Shown here in pieces: positions 15,001-27,148 of a DNA stretch of 64,000 bases. Position 1 is the stretch's first letter, and each line of letters opens with the position of its first letter. The position numbers and the translations under genes are program-made. The notes below the pieces were generated by a model. It ran no database searches and had not been told where the DNA came from. It saw only the letters and a list, made by a program, of their open reading frames with translations. Origin of the DNA: Pecten maximus (taxonomy: Eukaryota); assembly GCF_902652985.1 (NCBI RefSeq), contig NC_047030.1, positions 6,200,001 through 6,264,000 on the forward strand, in the 5' to 3' direction.

Positions 15001-18000
15001 AATTTTTATACTGAGCAGTGATTTGTGCCAATGCAGAAGACACATTTTAGGTTTTAGAATTATACATTTATTGAAAAAAATTTTCTATTATTTATATGTT
15101 TAAAATCAAATCTAATCTGGCTCACTTGCTTTTCGTATAAAAAGACAATAACATTACCATACATATATCACATAGTATTGCCAGACATACCTATGAGGAT
15201 CTCATTGTTTTACAGATATGGCGATTGCAGATGTCTTTGCGATATCCGTCGGTAAGTTAAGCATGACTGTTTGATCTTGTATGGAATAGAGACTTGTATT
15301 TATAGATAAGGTGACACATTTATAAAGATATTCTTTACAGTTGTAAATACGGAGGACAAGCGACTTAAATTGATAATATTTTGATAATTAGTTTTGTTTT
15401 CCAAGAGAAATGAAAAAATTACATGTTACTTAAGTGTTTACGAAAGTAGATTTATGCACCAACAGTTGACATGCAATGCTAAAGCATCACGAAGAACATT
15501 ATCCATATACGTCAATCGACTTTATTCATAGCGGAGTTCCATTATCTAAGACAGCTATGTTAATTGATAACAATGTTATGTATGAATGATATAATGATTA
15601 TTGTGCTGTTTATGTATGATGTGAATAATACAATGATTATTTTGCTGTTCATGTATGATTGGAATAATATACTGATTATTTTGCTGTTCATGTATGATGT
15701 GAATAATATACTGATTATTTTGCTGTTTCACCTGTTTTACAGGTATGATAATATACTGATTATTTTGCTGTTTCACCTGTTTTACAGGTATGATAATATA
15801 CTGATTATTTTGCTGTTTCGCCTGTTTTACAGGTATGATAATATACTAATTATTTTGCTGTTTCACCTGTTTTACAGGTATGGAGGACCACTGTAGTATA
15901 GTAACTTGTGATAACGGTGCCACGTGCTACGACAGAGGAGTTACCTATGACTGTGAATGTGTTGGCGACTTTTATGGAATATTGTGTGAAAATTGTAAGT
16001 AAATTGTCAATCAAGAAGGTATTTCTACATGCATTTTAATTTTAGTAAACAAGTTTAAGATATTGTACAAAAGACACACGTGTACAGCTTCTACTAATAT
16101 CAATTTATAAATGTAATTGATCAGAATATCCAATGATCTTTTAAGCTGTGTGAAGGAAATAGGAAATCTGAAAAGGTTAGTTTTGTATCCATATCAACTT
16201 CACTTTAAAGTTATAATATTTTTGTCTGAAAATGGTAATTATGTAGATAATCTGTATATCGAGCAGCTATAAGTTTAGTGACATATTTTTGCGACCGATT
16301 CCTTCCAGTGGACGGCGGTTGGACTGAGTGGTCAAACTGGACAGTATGTAGCACAACATGTTACGCTGCCGGTACTCAAACAAGGGTCCGGCAATGTAGT
16401 AATCCATCCAAGGTTGGAGAGGGCTTGGACTGTCCAGGAGAGGCCTTGGAGACAATCGATTGTATCCCGGACTTTCCTATATGTGACGGTATGTGGGCTA
16501 ATACCTAGCCATGATAATGTAGTATTAAACAAAAACAAAAACAATAACAACAACAACAACAAAAATTCGAGGATACAATTTCCAGATTTCCTGCAAATAC
16601 ATCTCTATCTAACCAAGTAAACTTCATATTGAAAACATCGATAAGACTTGACGTTATCTGAATTTACACATATTCCCAAATTTTCTTAAAGACATATTTT
16701 GTATTTTATTTTTAGAATATAATACGGGTTATTTGGAGGAAGACATCGCTTACCAAATGGTGTGCCCGAAAGGATATTACGTTTTTGTCGGGTCTGCATT
16801 TTATGGAAATGACGACCATGACTGTGACGACCCGATTGCTACAGCAAAACTAACATCACTATGCCACGGTCTCAGTGAAAATTGTACTTTTAGTTTCAAT
16901 AACAACGTCTTTGGCGATCCCTGCTGGCAGTATACAAAACAAGGGAACGCAACTCTTTATTGTGCAAGTAAGTTAATTATTGATCATCATTGTGTTCTTG
17001 GTAATGGTTTATGTACTGCATATACTAAGATGCTGCGTATAGATAGTGTCTACAGGAAACACTAGTATTGGCTCGTTTGTCAATACAAAAAAAATGAACA
17101 TCTAATTTCATCTTTTGAATTGAAGTGGGAAAATGATACATTGCATTCCGAAGAAAGTCAGCTTTATATTTTGTATGTAAGGTTCGGTCTAATAAACGGT
17201 CGTTACAAGGGTGCTGTTGTTTCTATACCTGACTTATTTTTGTTGAAAGGAGACGGTCAGTGGAACACATGGCAAGCCTGGAGTTACTGTTCCCGTCACC
17301 TGTGGCGGGGGTATCAGGACACGCAGACGTTCCTGTGACAGTCCCACTACCGTATCACCTGGACTTTACTGCGCAGACTCACCAGATGATTCAAAAACAT
17401 GTATGACGGAACCTTGCCCAGGTACAAATTTTACAATGCCATGATGATCTAGTCTCTGAAACTAGCGGGGAATGCTATATACATGTTTCACCAATGAAAT
17501 GGTTTTACGTAGGCAGCGACGGTGACATACCTTCAATGTCATAAAATGGAGAATTCAACTACCTGGCATGCATTCTTTTCATTTCTGTCTATCAATAATA
17601 TTTTTCACGTGTACATTTTTGAATAACAAACACCTTTTAAATTGACCTGATAAACTGGTACGTGTAATTAGATTATGTTGCTGACGCTGTATAATAAGGA
17701 GATGTTAACTGGCATGCATTCTTTCCATTTCTGTCCATTGTTATATATTTTCACGTGTATATTTTTGTATAACATCCAATTTTGAAAAGAACCAACTAAC
17801 CTGGTTATTAGATTACGTTGGGTAGGTATGAAATGCTACGATGTTGATCTACTCAATTGTTTATTTTCATCAACAGTTTGTGGAAACCATTATGCAGGAT
17901 ATGATGACCCGAAGAATATAAGTATTTACAATGACACAAATATCGGTAAGATATCACGAATGAATGTAAACAGTTAAAAAATGTCTCACTGTTTTTTATT

Positions 18001-18224
18001 TGATTTTGTTTCACACAAGCTTTTTCACTGGCTTTAAGATTCATGTGGTTAAAAAATGACGTCGCCGTTTGTAACATAGTCCATCAATCAAAGCGTATTT
18101 TCATATAAAAAGTGTAATGTAGATTAAGTTTGAAGTTTTATTTCATGTTATGGAGCCGTAACACAAAACGGAAGGTACTCTAAATAATTCGGTTATGGTG
18201 AGAAATATATTCAAATTTATCCTT

Positions 18225-18259
<35 letters not shown>

Positions 18260-21200
18260 ACTTTTTTTAACGGAAGTTTTATTATTTATATATTTGATCC
18301 AGATTACCATATGATACATAATAAATATGTGAAGCTAGTTCTTTATAGTAAATAGATATTTTTTTATTACCATTCTATATGATGTTTTCAGAAGTAATCA
18401 AATGTTTAAACATCATGCATGCGAGGCCATTTTAGATTTTAACATTCTGTTTTATCTTATATAAGCATTCAGATTTCATATCAGTGTCAATTCATCTGAA
18501 TTGTTATATAAAATATGATATGCTATGTTATATAAAATATATATAATGTCATATATTACCAATCTCTAAAAGATGAAATCACATTGAAGATGAATTTCTT
18601 GAAACGTTAGCATGTATGATTATGTCAATGTTTTCGATCTGATATTTTAGAATGTAAGCACCAATAACATAACCCCTGTAATAATTGTGTTATATTTATT
18701 CTAATTAACATATTCTGTATTACCAGAGCATGCCTATATCCTGTTGGACATTAACTGGGATATCCCCTGTTGTGAATTGATATCAGCGTGGGAGTTTGTT
18801 CCCATAGTAACAGGGCTCATTGATTTCCATATATGGCGAAAAAAGGCCAACGGGTTGTACCAATTAGCTTCATCAGTAACATATATGGTGAACGGTAAGT
18901 GTACTACCAGTGTTAACTATGTGGCATATTTTATGCATCACCATATGTTTTGTTAATTTGATAAATATAGTTGGATTATCTCGATATGTCGTCATGAACT
19001 TTGGTAAAAGTCGCATTGTAAAACAAAACGACATGACGTGTCGCAATAATTTTATCAAAAAAGTAATGTTACGGTACAGCGACTTGAATTAACACCATGA
19101 CAGAAATATGCCACTACAATAACCAAACAGCATAATTGGTGTTGGAGACCTAGCCTTTCACACACAATGTGGATGATGATTATCAAAATAACGGATAGCT
19201 ATCTGTACTACAGATCGGCATCTAGTCCGCACTTTGTAACATTCAGCAAACAACAAATCTTCTGGTACCGGGTAGTACAAATGCCATACTTGAAATATAA
19301 TAAGTATGTAAAAACATGGATAATAAAAATTCACTATACAGCTATTGCATTATTCTAGAACTCGTTAGTGGTGCTAGTGACGGAAATTGTGTTTCAAATT
19401 CTGAAATACGACACTGTTAGTAATCGGACATGGCACTTGATAACTTGGCTATACAAATATTTTTTTCGTTTCATTTTGGTTGGATAAAGTCGGCTTATTT
19501 ATATAGAATTTCAGATTTCGATAGAAATTAATATTATTTAAAATTATATTGATATGCATGATTTGGGAACTGTATTTGTTTTTTACTTCTACATGATGTT
19601 TTCTTACAGAATCACAGGTTGGACATTTGGTTAATTTTACTCTCCCTCCCGGCGAACGGATAACTGTTCTCGAAGGAGATGAAATTGGATGGTAGGTGAC
19701 GAAAAACAATATCTAGATAGAAAAAAATAAAGCCAAGCTTGGAGTGAAAGAAAACAAACGACAAAAATAGACTATTGAAAAAACATATATTTAAAGAAAG
19801 AACAAAATAATTAAAGAACAGATTTACCATTTTCATTGTCAGTAATACATGTACTATGACTTGTGTAACTAGCACACTCCGGTATGCTTATTGGTTAAGG
19901 TAAATGCATTCTACCGAATTGCGATTTCAATAATGGTGTATATAATTGTGTGGTACGAACTGTTTTAAAAGAACCATTTACTATCCATTGTACAGGTATT
20001 GCTCCGGAGAAAATATGATTCCGTATACTGAGTGTAGTGGTGAAATGTGTCCAAACAAAACTCGCAAGTCTTCATTTTCTACTAGACCCTCAAAATTTGA
20101 AATATTTGACTGGGAAACTCTACCAAGTATACCTGACAGAGCTTATGCCATACGATTCTTCACACATGCAAGTAAGTTTGAACCGTTGATATTGTTTTCA
20201 AGTTTGTTGTAAATGTTTAAATCATTATTTAAATTCACAAAGTTGTTTATTGTAAATTCCCGCATCTTACTGCTACAGATGATTTTGCTATTTTAAGTTT
20301 TTGCTGTAATTGAGTTGATAAGGTTTGTATTTTTCATTTTTGTATACCAATATACCTGTACATGTATTTCATTTCGGTAAATGTAAATTGGTGAATTCAC
20401 AACTTCGCACCACGTGACTTAAACGTCTGTACTGATATTGTTCCTTAATTATTTAATTACTACCTAGGCAATATAGTACAAGTTAAAGGTATATCAAGAA
20501 CGGTTGAAATTGTTTTTAATGTCCAAGAGCTTTGTTGAAGGCTGCTGAGGTCGAAGGGAATATAGATTGTCGTTTTACGTTGCAATGTGAATTTTATCAA
20601 AAAACCTTTTTCGTCCTGAAGAAAATTCCTATTGTGGAAACTAGCATTGTTACGTTCTCGTCATCTTTTTAAATCATAACATGGTAGGAACGTATTTGCT
20701 GATTTGGAGAATATGTAGAAAATACTTTGATATTACCACTTATGATAAGTTTGTAAATGTAAACAATTTAAATAATGTAATTATAGATACAATGCCATAT
20801 GTGAACCAGACTGAGTTTTCGGCATTAGTGAAAGACTCCAGTCCGATCGGAACACGGACTTTACCGTATTGGATAACAGACGAAGATGCTGATGATACTC
20901 TCACGCATTCATTCACAAACGAACTCTTTGAACTTAATACTACGTTTGCAAGTAAGTCAGTTTATCTTATGTAAAGATAATTAAGTACATATCGTGGTAA
21001 TTAATGGGATTTTTTCGTGATGACAAACCACCAAGTTCTTGGCAAGACAAATATAATTCCGTCATGGTAATGAAATCGTTATTTTGATAAATAATGAATA
21101 AAACAAAGGCAGCATATAAAACAATAGATAATTGCATGATAAGACCAGGTGTTCTGAGAGGATGAGCGTCTTTTTTCTTATTGCATACGCCGTAACTTTA

Positions 21201-23288
21201 GGTTAGAAACGTTTCCCTATTGGTGCTGCTGTCTAGCGATATTGTTCGGAGATGTTGAATATGACCAGGACACCTGACTTCGATGTATGAATAATAACAA
21301 TATTTTTACTTCAACAATATGTTGTGGATTACGCGATATAACTTGTACTATATTTTATATTCATAGCACAAAACTATCGTAACATATTGATAAAAAAATA
21401 TAATTAAGCAAACTCTGAAAGTAAACCTTACTTTCTATTCTGCAGATGACATACATATACAAACAAAATCCAACATGCCCAAAGACTATAACGTATTCTC
21501 ACTGGTTTTGAGATCATGGGATATGTGTTCAAACACTGCCACAACAACAGTTGAAATAACAACATACAATGCGGTAAGACACGTTTACAAAAACTTGCTA
21601 ATTTAGTTTTATCGCTAAACTCATTCCGCCAAATAATACTTAGAGCCTATATATATGACGATGTGCGATAAAAATGAGTTTTCCTACTGCTATTAAATAT
21701 GATAGATGTACAGATAAACTGGTATCAACGTAGTTATAGGTCATTATCTATGTATTGAACGAGTAAAACAGGTTGACCTCGAACCTTTAAATTTGATATG
21801 ACATATCCAAGGGGTCAAAAGAAAACAGGTGCATAGAAACAAGATAAAGTACATGATCCCTAAAAAAAGATTTTTTTTGTAGTGATTTTGTTTAAATAAT
21901 TATTTGTTCCTTGCTACACAAATTACTGAAGGCAAATGGTCTATACTTTTTGTTTTACTGCGTTCTAGGTTGTGATATTTTGCTTATTGCCTATAACCAT
22001 ATTTTCCAGCCTCCTGTGTTTCTGAACTTACCGGAGGAAATGTCTATATCCGAGGATGTGGCGACGCCCTCCCTGTTATATGAACTTGATGTTGCGGACT
22101 TCTCTGAGAATGACAGCGTGTGTTGTACATTATCAGAGGTTATTCCTTGGTCACCCAACTTCGAACTGGTGTTTACAAATAACGGTATGAAGTAATGACT
22201 GTCTGTAGTCTAACCTCACATATCCAAATTTCTTTCCTTCTTTCTCTCTTTTAAATTACACACAATTTCCCACAGAATCAGTACGTGGCAGCTTATCAGT
22301 AAATATGCATTTAAGTATGTCGATAATGGTTTAATGAATTAATATAATACTCAAATTAATTTAGAATTATCTCCCCGTATTTGTAATAGTGGATACCACT
22401 GCAGAATAACACATGTAAATATTAATTTTGATTTTGACATATTGAAAGTCAATACAATTATGTTGCAATTGGAAAAGACTGGACGTTGAATGCTAGTAAT
22501 ACGTTTTATCGCTCCATCTGAAAAAAATGAAATGTTTTATTGTTTATATCATCAAAACATAAAACAATTTTACATGATGTATGATACATTTGTTTTCTTT
22601 TGTTATTCATAGAGATCTTGATATAAAATCATTGTATTTTTAGAGTATCATCTCTACACGACCAAACAAGCTGCCTTTGACTATAAGGAGATATCGAATT
22701 ATTACAGAATTATATTCTGCTGCTCCGACTCTTATGGAGTTTCATCAAATTTTCTAGAAGTATTTATTACCGATGTTCAAAAAGAAAAACAATATTCGCC
22801 TCCAAGTAAGTTTCTTAAACATATCAAAAATGTAGATAATGATAGTACATGTTGAAACGGATTGAACGAGTTGTTTAAGGGAGTGTATCTACCCCCAGGA
22901 ATTACTGAATTTTGTAGTTATCACTCTTCACAATGTTTTAATATATTTAAAATAAGTGAGCCCACTGATAAACCCTGAGGTCCATCACCTCTAAACCTCA
23001 TTGTGTTATGTGTGATTTCAAAATGCACTCGTATTTAGTATTAATTTCCTTCCTCAATGTTCTATTTCGTCAAAGGATTGTTCTTAACCTAATGTTCCTA
23101 ATCCTGCCCATGATGCATCTAGATTGAATTGTTCTATATCTTTCATCTTCTTCTTTCCCACAGCCTGGTTTCTCACAGCGATAGGGATCAGCCTCGTTCC
23201 AGTGTCGATCCTCCTATTTACAACCTGTTGTTTGATGTGTGCAACATTCTGCGCAGAACCGGAAATTGAATATTTTTTCTCCAGATGA
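1..23288 (+). CDS. Multi-exon type-I membrane protein, 5' part outside window: SUEL-TSP1-(unnamed domain x3)-EGF-TSP1-SUEL-TSP1-Cys module-cadherin-like x2-TM
   Basis: Hand-spliced GT-AG exons with matching phases: <1-82, 557-727, 4106-4135, 4320-4510, 4846-5003, 5311-5498, 5941-5982, 6148-6338, 7317-7474, 7904-8082, 8636-8880, 9466-9626, 10118-10293, 15216-15251, 15878-15994, 16309-16488, 16716-16967, 17250-17421 (+1 frameshift), 17877-17945, 18727-18894, 19610-19691, 19996-20171, 20787-20951, 21446-21573, 22010-22184, 22644-22805, 23164-23288 (TGA). AATAAA at ~23311 and ~23421. Confidence 0.85.
557..727 (+). CDS. Exon: thrombospondin type-1 repeat
   Basis: [31 protein letters not shown]...CNSHTCP; ctacag acceptor, gtagg donor, phase 1-1. 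Confidence 0.9.
988..1445. repeat. 16-bp minisatellite (AGTGGTWATTTGTTTY), degenerating to ~17-bp units at the left
   Basis: Tandem units directly visible. Confidence 0.9.
2773..3495. repeat. 15-bp CpG-rich minisatellite (CAGGGTTACCGACGW), ~48 units
   Basis: Tandem units directly visible; they explain the 260-aa repetitive ORF. Confidence 0.95.
4320..5982 (+). CDS. Exons of unnamed ~190-aa extracellular domain, copy 1
   Basis: WRLVFKAPSG..YKSSILDDW / VRLSVYKDGREVAYVVFD..WMDCSRILDSSWTDL / RNFFINNIYGGCQGDAGWL..PYILYS / GDALAISV. Confidence 0.8.
6148..8695 (+). CDS. Exons of unnamed domain, copy 2
   Basis: WHMVFKGISG..YKSGLIEEW / VKYSFYTNAEEVSWMVFNG..CSIPG / ..SCPNFRSWMMV..PYFLYS / ADVLGVFV. 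Confidence 0.8.
6279..6450 (+). repeat. 82-bp tandem duplication spanning an exon 3' end and its donor site
   Basis: 6279-6360 is nearly identical to 6361-6442. Confidence 0.9.
6499..6845 (+). mobile_element. tRNA-derived SINE with CORE-like central region
   Basis: A box TGGTTTAGTGG, B-box-like GATCGAGTCC, then tgttgtatccttgaatgagatacttaac (CORE-like); the 3' half recurs at ~38545-38730 and ~54190-54375. Confidence 0.65.
7563..7711. mobile_element. Fold-back (palindromic MITE-like) element
   Basis: aaaattagccttgtaatttccgctcctctacgatacattgcaatac pairs imperfectly with gtattgaagtgtatcgcagtggagtggtaatagcaagtctaatttt. Confidence 0.7.
8696..15251 (+). CDS. Exons of unnamed domain, copy 3 (last exon lies beyond the 4-kb satellite)
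   Basis: WFPVMKVSRG..YKSSVVDSW / VRVSFYVSGVEQAYVVFD..WFDCDRILYTSYKDL..CSIPG / RYFFLE..GCMADSGWF..PYAIYS / ADVFAISV. Confidence 0.8.
10521..10772. mobile_element. MITE with degenerate ~30-bp TIRs
   Basis: Left ggacccccagtttttcaaatggtgattaggcta; reverse complement of right end cagggcccagttgttcaaaagattattagcta. Confidence 0.6.
10819..14938. repeat. 28-bp intronic satellite (GGTCCTGGTGTATTGCCAATGTATATAM), ~147 units
   Basis: Tandem units directly visible; source of all overlapping ORFs from 10789 to 15043. Confidence 0.97.
15580..15882 (+). repeat. 39-bp units changing into four 45-bp units that each contain the EGF-exon splice acceptor
   Basis: ttttacag|gtatg ends with AG at 15742, 15787, 15832 and 15877. 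Confidence 0.9.
15878..15994 (+). CDS. Exon: EGF-like domain
   Basis: DHCSIVTCDNGATCYDRGVTYDCECVGDFYGILCE shows six-Cys EGF spacing; phase 1-1. Confidence 0.9.
16309..16488 (+). CDS. Exon: TSP1 repeat
   Basis: DGGWTEWSNWTVCSTTCYAAGTQTRVRQCSNP..C. Confidence 0.9.
16716..16967 (+). CDS. Exon: SUEL-type lectin domain
   Basis: CPKGYYVFVGSAFYG..C..LCHG..CTFSFNNNVFGDPCWQYTK..LYC. Confidence 0.85.
17250..17421 (+). CDS. Exon: TSP1 repeat with a 1-bp insertion
   Basis: DGQWNTWQAWSYCS, then after removing one C of tccc (17291-17294) VTCGGGIRTRRRSCDSP..CMTEPCP. Confidence 0.85.
17563..17820. repeat. Diverged ~147-bp tandem duplication
   Basis: ctggcatgcattcttt...attagatta[t/c]gttg starts at 17563 and 17710. 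Confidence 0.75.
17877..20171 (+). CDS. Four exons of a Cys-containing module of unknown family
   Basis: CGNHY.. / WDIPCCELISAWEF..GLIDFHIWRK / VLEGDEIGW / YCSGENMIPY..RAYAIRF; phases join in frame. Confidence 0.7.
20787..22805 (+). CDS. Four exons: two cadherin-like repeats
   Basis: PYVNQTEFSALVKDSSPIGT..TDEDADD; NAPPVFLNLPEEMSISED..DVAD..FDYKE..VFITDV. Confidence 0.7.
23164..23288 (+). CDS. Terminal exon: transmembrane helix and short Cys-rich tail
   Basis: WFLTAIGISLVPVSILLFTTCCLMCATFCAEPEIEYFFSR*. Confidence 0.8.
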
Positions 23289-24742
23289 GAATAGTGGTCG
23301 TTTGCTGAAAAATAAATGCTTCGGTAATTTAGCCAAATTTAGGTAATAAAGTCTCTAATGTTATAAGCATCATGTGTTGATGTGTGGCTCAGTGCAATAA
23401 TAACATGTTTTTTCTTTATCAATAAACAAATCTTTTGTCCTTCAAAATGATACGTTAATCTAAATATTTCTGTAACAAAATCATTTTGTCGTAATTATTG
23501 AATAAATATATGAATGGTTATTTATCTATACTGAGGTGGTTTTATTATTTGATATTACAATACAACTCATCAAGTACACAACTAACTGATCATGTATTAT
23601 AGTTCTCTAGACAGAGAATGCAGACAATAATACCGACAGAGGTCAGATAATGAGTCAGAATTCCGGAAACGTTCTACGAGTGATCTCCCCTTTATGATGA
23701 AATCACACCATTAGTCCATTGCAAAAAATGTTGTATAACGGATACACATGTATTTTCTAATTTAGAATCTCAAAAAAGGAAGTACTGTATTTTAATTTGC
23801 TATTTGGCTACTTTGGAAACCCATCCTTAAGTGATCAATTTTTGTCGTTGGCACAATTAACTTGCTAAATATCAATTATCTTTTAACTTACATATCCTTC
23901 ATAAGTACGTTCGTAAAAAAAAATAAAAATAAGAAGTATATCACATTCAGGAGATGTAATACTAATAAGCATACATGTAAATGAAATGACAATCTAATCT
24001 AAAGATAATAACAATGATAATCTGATGATTATTCTTGCTTGTTTCATATTCAATCTTTATTTATTTATTTATTTATGGGTTTTACGTCCGCTATTACGTA
24101 TATATTCAATCTCTTACGATGAGGTCTTAATGGTTTTTAAGGTAGTTGATACTGTATATGTGGCGTAATCACGAGATATTTTAGGAGAAATGTGTCCTTC
24201 AAATCATCCTCCGTCTGGCAGGTCTGACAAAGCATCCCTTTCTGGCAGTCTGACCAACCACTCTTCATTGTTGTTATTTTGCTGGTTTCCATTTTACGGA
24301 TTTATGCTAGCGTCACCCAATGATTCTGGTGTTTCTCCAGTAATTAAAAAAACATGAAACACAGCCATCCCAATCCAATATTTTTTTACAGATCGGAAGA
24401 ATCAGTTTCGAATACAAACAATAATTAAACGATGGTGATCTTTTCTACAACTACTGAATATCTGGTAGTCAATGTTTAATAATCTAAAAACTTTTAAAAT
24501 AAATTGATTATATAAATCAAACTTAATAGGAAATATCACTAAGACATAATGAAAAGATACTTTAAGCCTAATTAGTTTGTATCTCGTGTTATTGTGACGA
24601 CTTCACCACCACCTCAGTTGTGCGAGTCACACAAACTTAGAATAAGCAGAGGTGTCCTTGGTGACGACAAAAATACCGGAAATAAATAAGTTTATTTAAT
24701 CAGAGAAAAAAGTTTAATCTATGATTGTATAAAATAGTGAAT

Positions 24743-24972
24743 ATGCTTTTATCAGTTCAAGGTCAAAGGCCACACCTCGCATTTAATCACCTTTGAAATA
24801 AAGAAACACTTTTGTATACGTTTTCCTGTGAACTACAACACAACGTCTTACTAGAATATGCCTTTATCAGTTCAAGGTCAAAGGCCACATCTCGCATTTA
24901 ATCACCTTTGAAATAAAGAAACACTTTTGTATACGTTTTCCTGTGAACTACAACACAACGTCTGACTAGATT
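24743..24972. repeat. ~116-bp near-perfect tandem duplication
   Basis: tttatcagttcaaggtcaaaggccaca...caacgtct occurs twice. Confidence 0.9.
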
Positions 24973-26309
24973 TTGGTGGTCATTGATCAAGGTTAAAGGT
25001 AAATGATTACACTTGACCACCTCTGAAATGAAAAAGATGTATTGAATCCTCGACAGAATTATTTTATTGGTGATATGTATATTTATATCACCCCCTAACA
25101 CTCTTTGCTTTTAATTAAGTTTAATTAATTTTCCTAGTAGTTTCGCCCTATATGCATCCATTGGCTATCAAGATGAACGGGTTGTGAAAAAGGACATATA
25201 CGATATGAATAAGATAAGTTTTGATTTCTTGATAAAATTGAGAAATGAAATGTTATTTGTAATTTGTCGGGAGCGAAAAAAGGATTTTGGCTAAAATGTT
25301 TGTATCTGTATGTACTTTGATCACTGAACAGGAGTTTAATGTTTCTGTATATTGTTCACTGTTGATATCATAATATTGTTGTTGTACAAATTCATCCATG
25401 CCTGTTTAAGTTTGAGAGCACTTTAAAACCGGGAACATACAGAAATAGAAATGATCTTACTGTCACTTTTTGTTATAAAATAATATGAAATGCGTATTAA
25501 GTCAAACTGATAACAGGGAAAACCTAAGAAGAACTGTCTGGAAAATAGCGATAACAAATTTCAACTTTTATAATCTAAGATGATTGACTGTTTGCAATGT
25601 TTCTTTTCCAATCTGTCTCCAAATTAAATTGGCACGATAAGAAACTAGAGAGAACCTAAATATAGAGTTTAAGAATCATCGTCCCAGTGCTTCTCAAGAA
25701 ATAGTAATAATACAGCTGTAGTACAAAACTGTTAAAATCGAATAGAGCTGCGTATCGGTCATTTTATTTTCCTGATCTAACTAAAATTGAACAGAAGGTA
25801 CAATTAGGAACCATTTACTGTTCCCGAAAATCTCAATAAATAGTCATAGCAATTTTTTTACGGACGGACGATGGACCATAGGTCATGAACCATTGACTTA
25901 TTATTATTATTATAGACGATTATTGAATAGCCCACTATCATCGCTGGGTAAGGCTTTCTGGTTACCAGAGTATCCCTAGCAACATATTGTTCACCTAAAA
26001 ATTGTCCAATTCTGCTCTGATGATTACATCCTACAAACCTTTATCTAGATTTCTAATTACTATCTTAGTACAATCAACAAGTCGGGCCTGCAGTCTTATT
26101 GTGATACTGTCTAATCTTTAAAAGATCTGTTGATTCATCTTAAATCTCGTTCTCTTGTAACGAGAGATTTGTTTTCCAGGAAAGAGGAACGGCTATATAA
26201 GAATATATTTATGAACTAAACTAAATCATATTTCGCCAAAAAAATAAATAAATAGGGTTTATAGAAATTATACCGAATAAGTAAAGAAGAGTTTAAGTTG
26301 TGTACCCAG

Positions 26310-26545
26310 GCAAAAGAGACACACCAAAGTCTTAAAAAGTAGTTTGCTGCTCCTACTTAAACTTTTAGCATTATGCGAGTGCTACAAGCCTACAGCTGCT
26401 TCACCAGTTGTCTCTATAATATCACTAAATTAAAATATACTTCAGTAAGGTAGCACTATGAAGGCGGCATAAGGTCCGCGCTATTACAAGGAAGAAACCG
26501 CGAAGGTACAGCAGCTCCGAAAACGTACACACATGCATGTAGCAA
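26310..26545 (+). mobile_element. SINE-like fragment (Nin/Meta-domain-like); copies at ~42610-42800 and ~61215-61400
   Basis: accaaagtcttaaaaagtagtttgctgctcc...cttcagtaaggtagcactat resembles conserved mollusc SINE cores (from memory). Confidence 0.4.
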
Positions 26546-27039
26546 AGATGAGTCTTTTTTATTTTATTTTTTTAGGTGCAAAAAAAACATTTTATTCCAC
26601 AAGACATGTTAATATTGGAGAGCTGCCAAGGTTAGGGCCTTGGGGGTCAGCCGTCAATATTACTATGTATTATCTATAGGAACAACACCAGAAAACCAAG
26701 AGAGGAATAGTAATGTTCTAGAACCAACTACGGGGAAATAAAAACAGGTCGAACCAATTGTTAAAATGCAGAAGGGGAAGTTATTTTATGATTTATGTAT
26801 TCCGATTTCTGTTTCGAAACATATTCACTATTCATAATGAGTTAAACGTGGCAAACAGATGTGATTGTATATCTACGTCGTTATGCTGTGTTCAAAGCGT
26901 GCTGCGGTGTAATTTCAAAGTTTAGTTTTGAATTAGGTGTTCTTTAATTCGATTTGTTGCTTTGAATTCGTTTGGAAACAAGTTCAATGGCGTGTCAACA
27001 GATGTAGTTGATCAATAGATAAAAATAATCAACTACAAT

Positions 27040-27148
27040 ACCGGACCCGGCCATGTTGTGGCCAAACCAGACACATCGCCAACCCAACAGAGAAATCACG
27101 GGGAGCAGTGGACAGGTGCACGCTGACAAATCTATATTTCAGTAAAAG
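27040..27148 (+). promoter_or_regulatory. Putative promoter/non-coding first exon of the acyl-CoA synthetase gene
   Basis: Block conserved upstream of all ACS copies (~43190, ~61820; diverged at ~34010 and ~49650), ending in AAG|GTAACA; an acceptor ttttcag sits 9 nt before the ATG. Confidence 0.45.

Noticed and set aside
10789-15043. Dozens of long ORFs (up to 930 aa) on both strands
   Set aside because: Translations of a stop-poor 28-bp satellite (28-aa periodicity) inside an intron.
15564-15896. 110-aa hydrophobic repeat ORF
   Set aside because: Translation of intronic 39/45-bp repeats; the real exon is in another frame from 15878.
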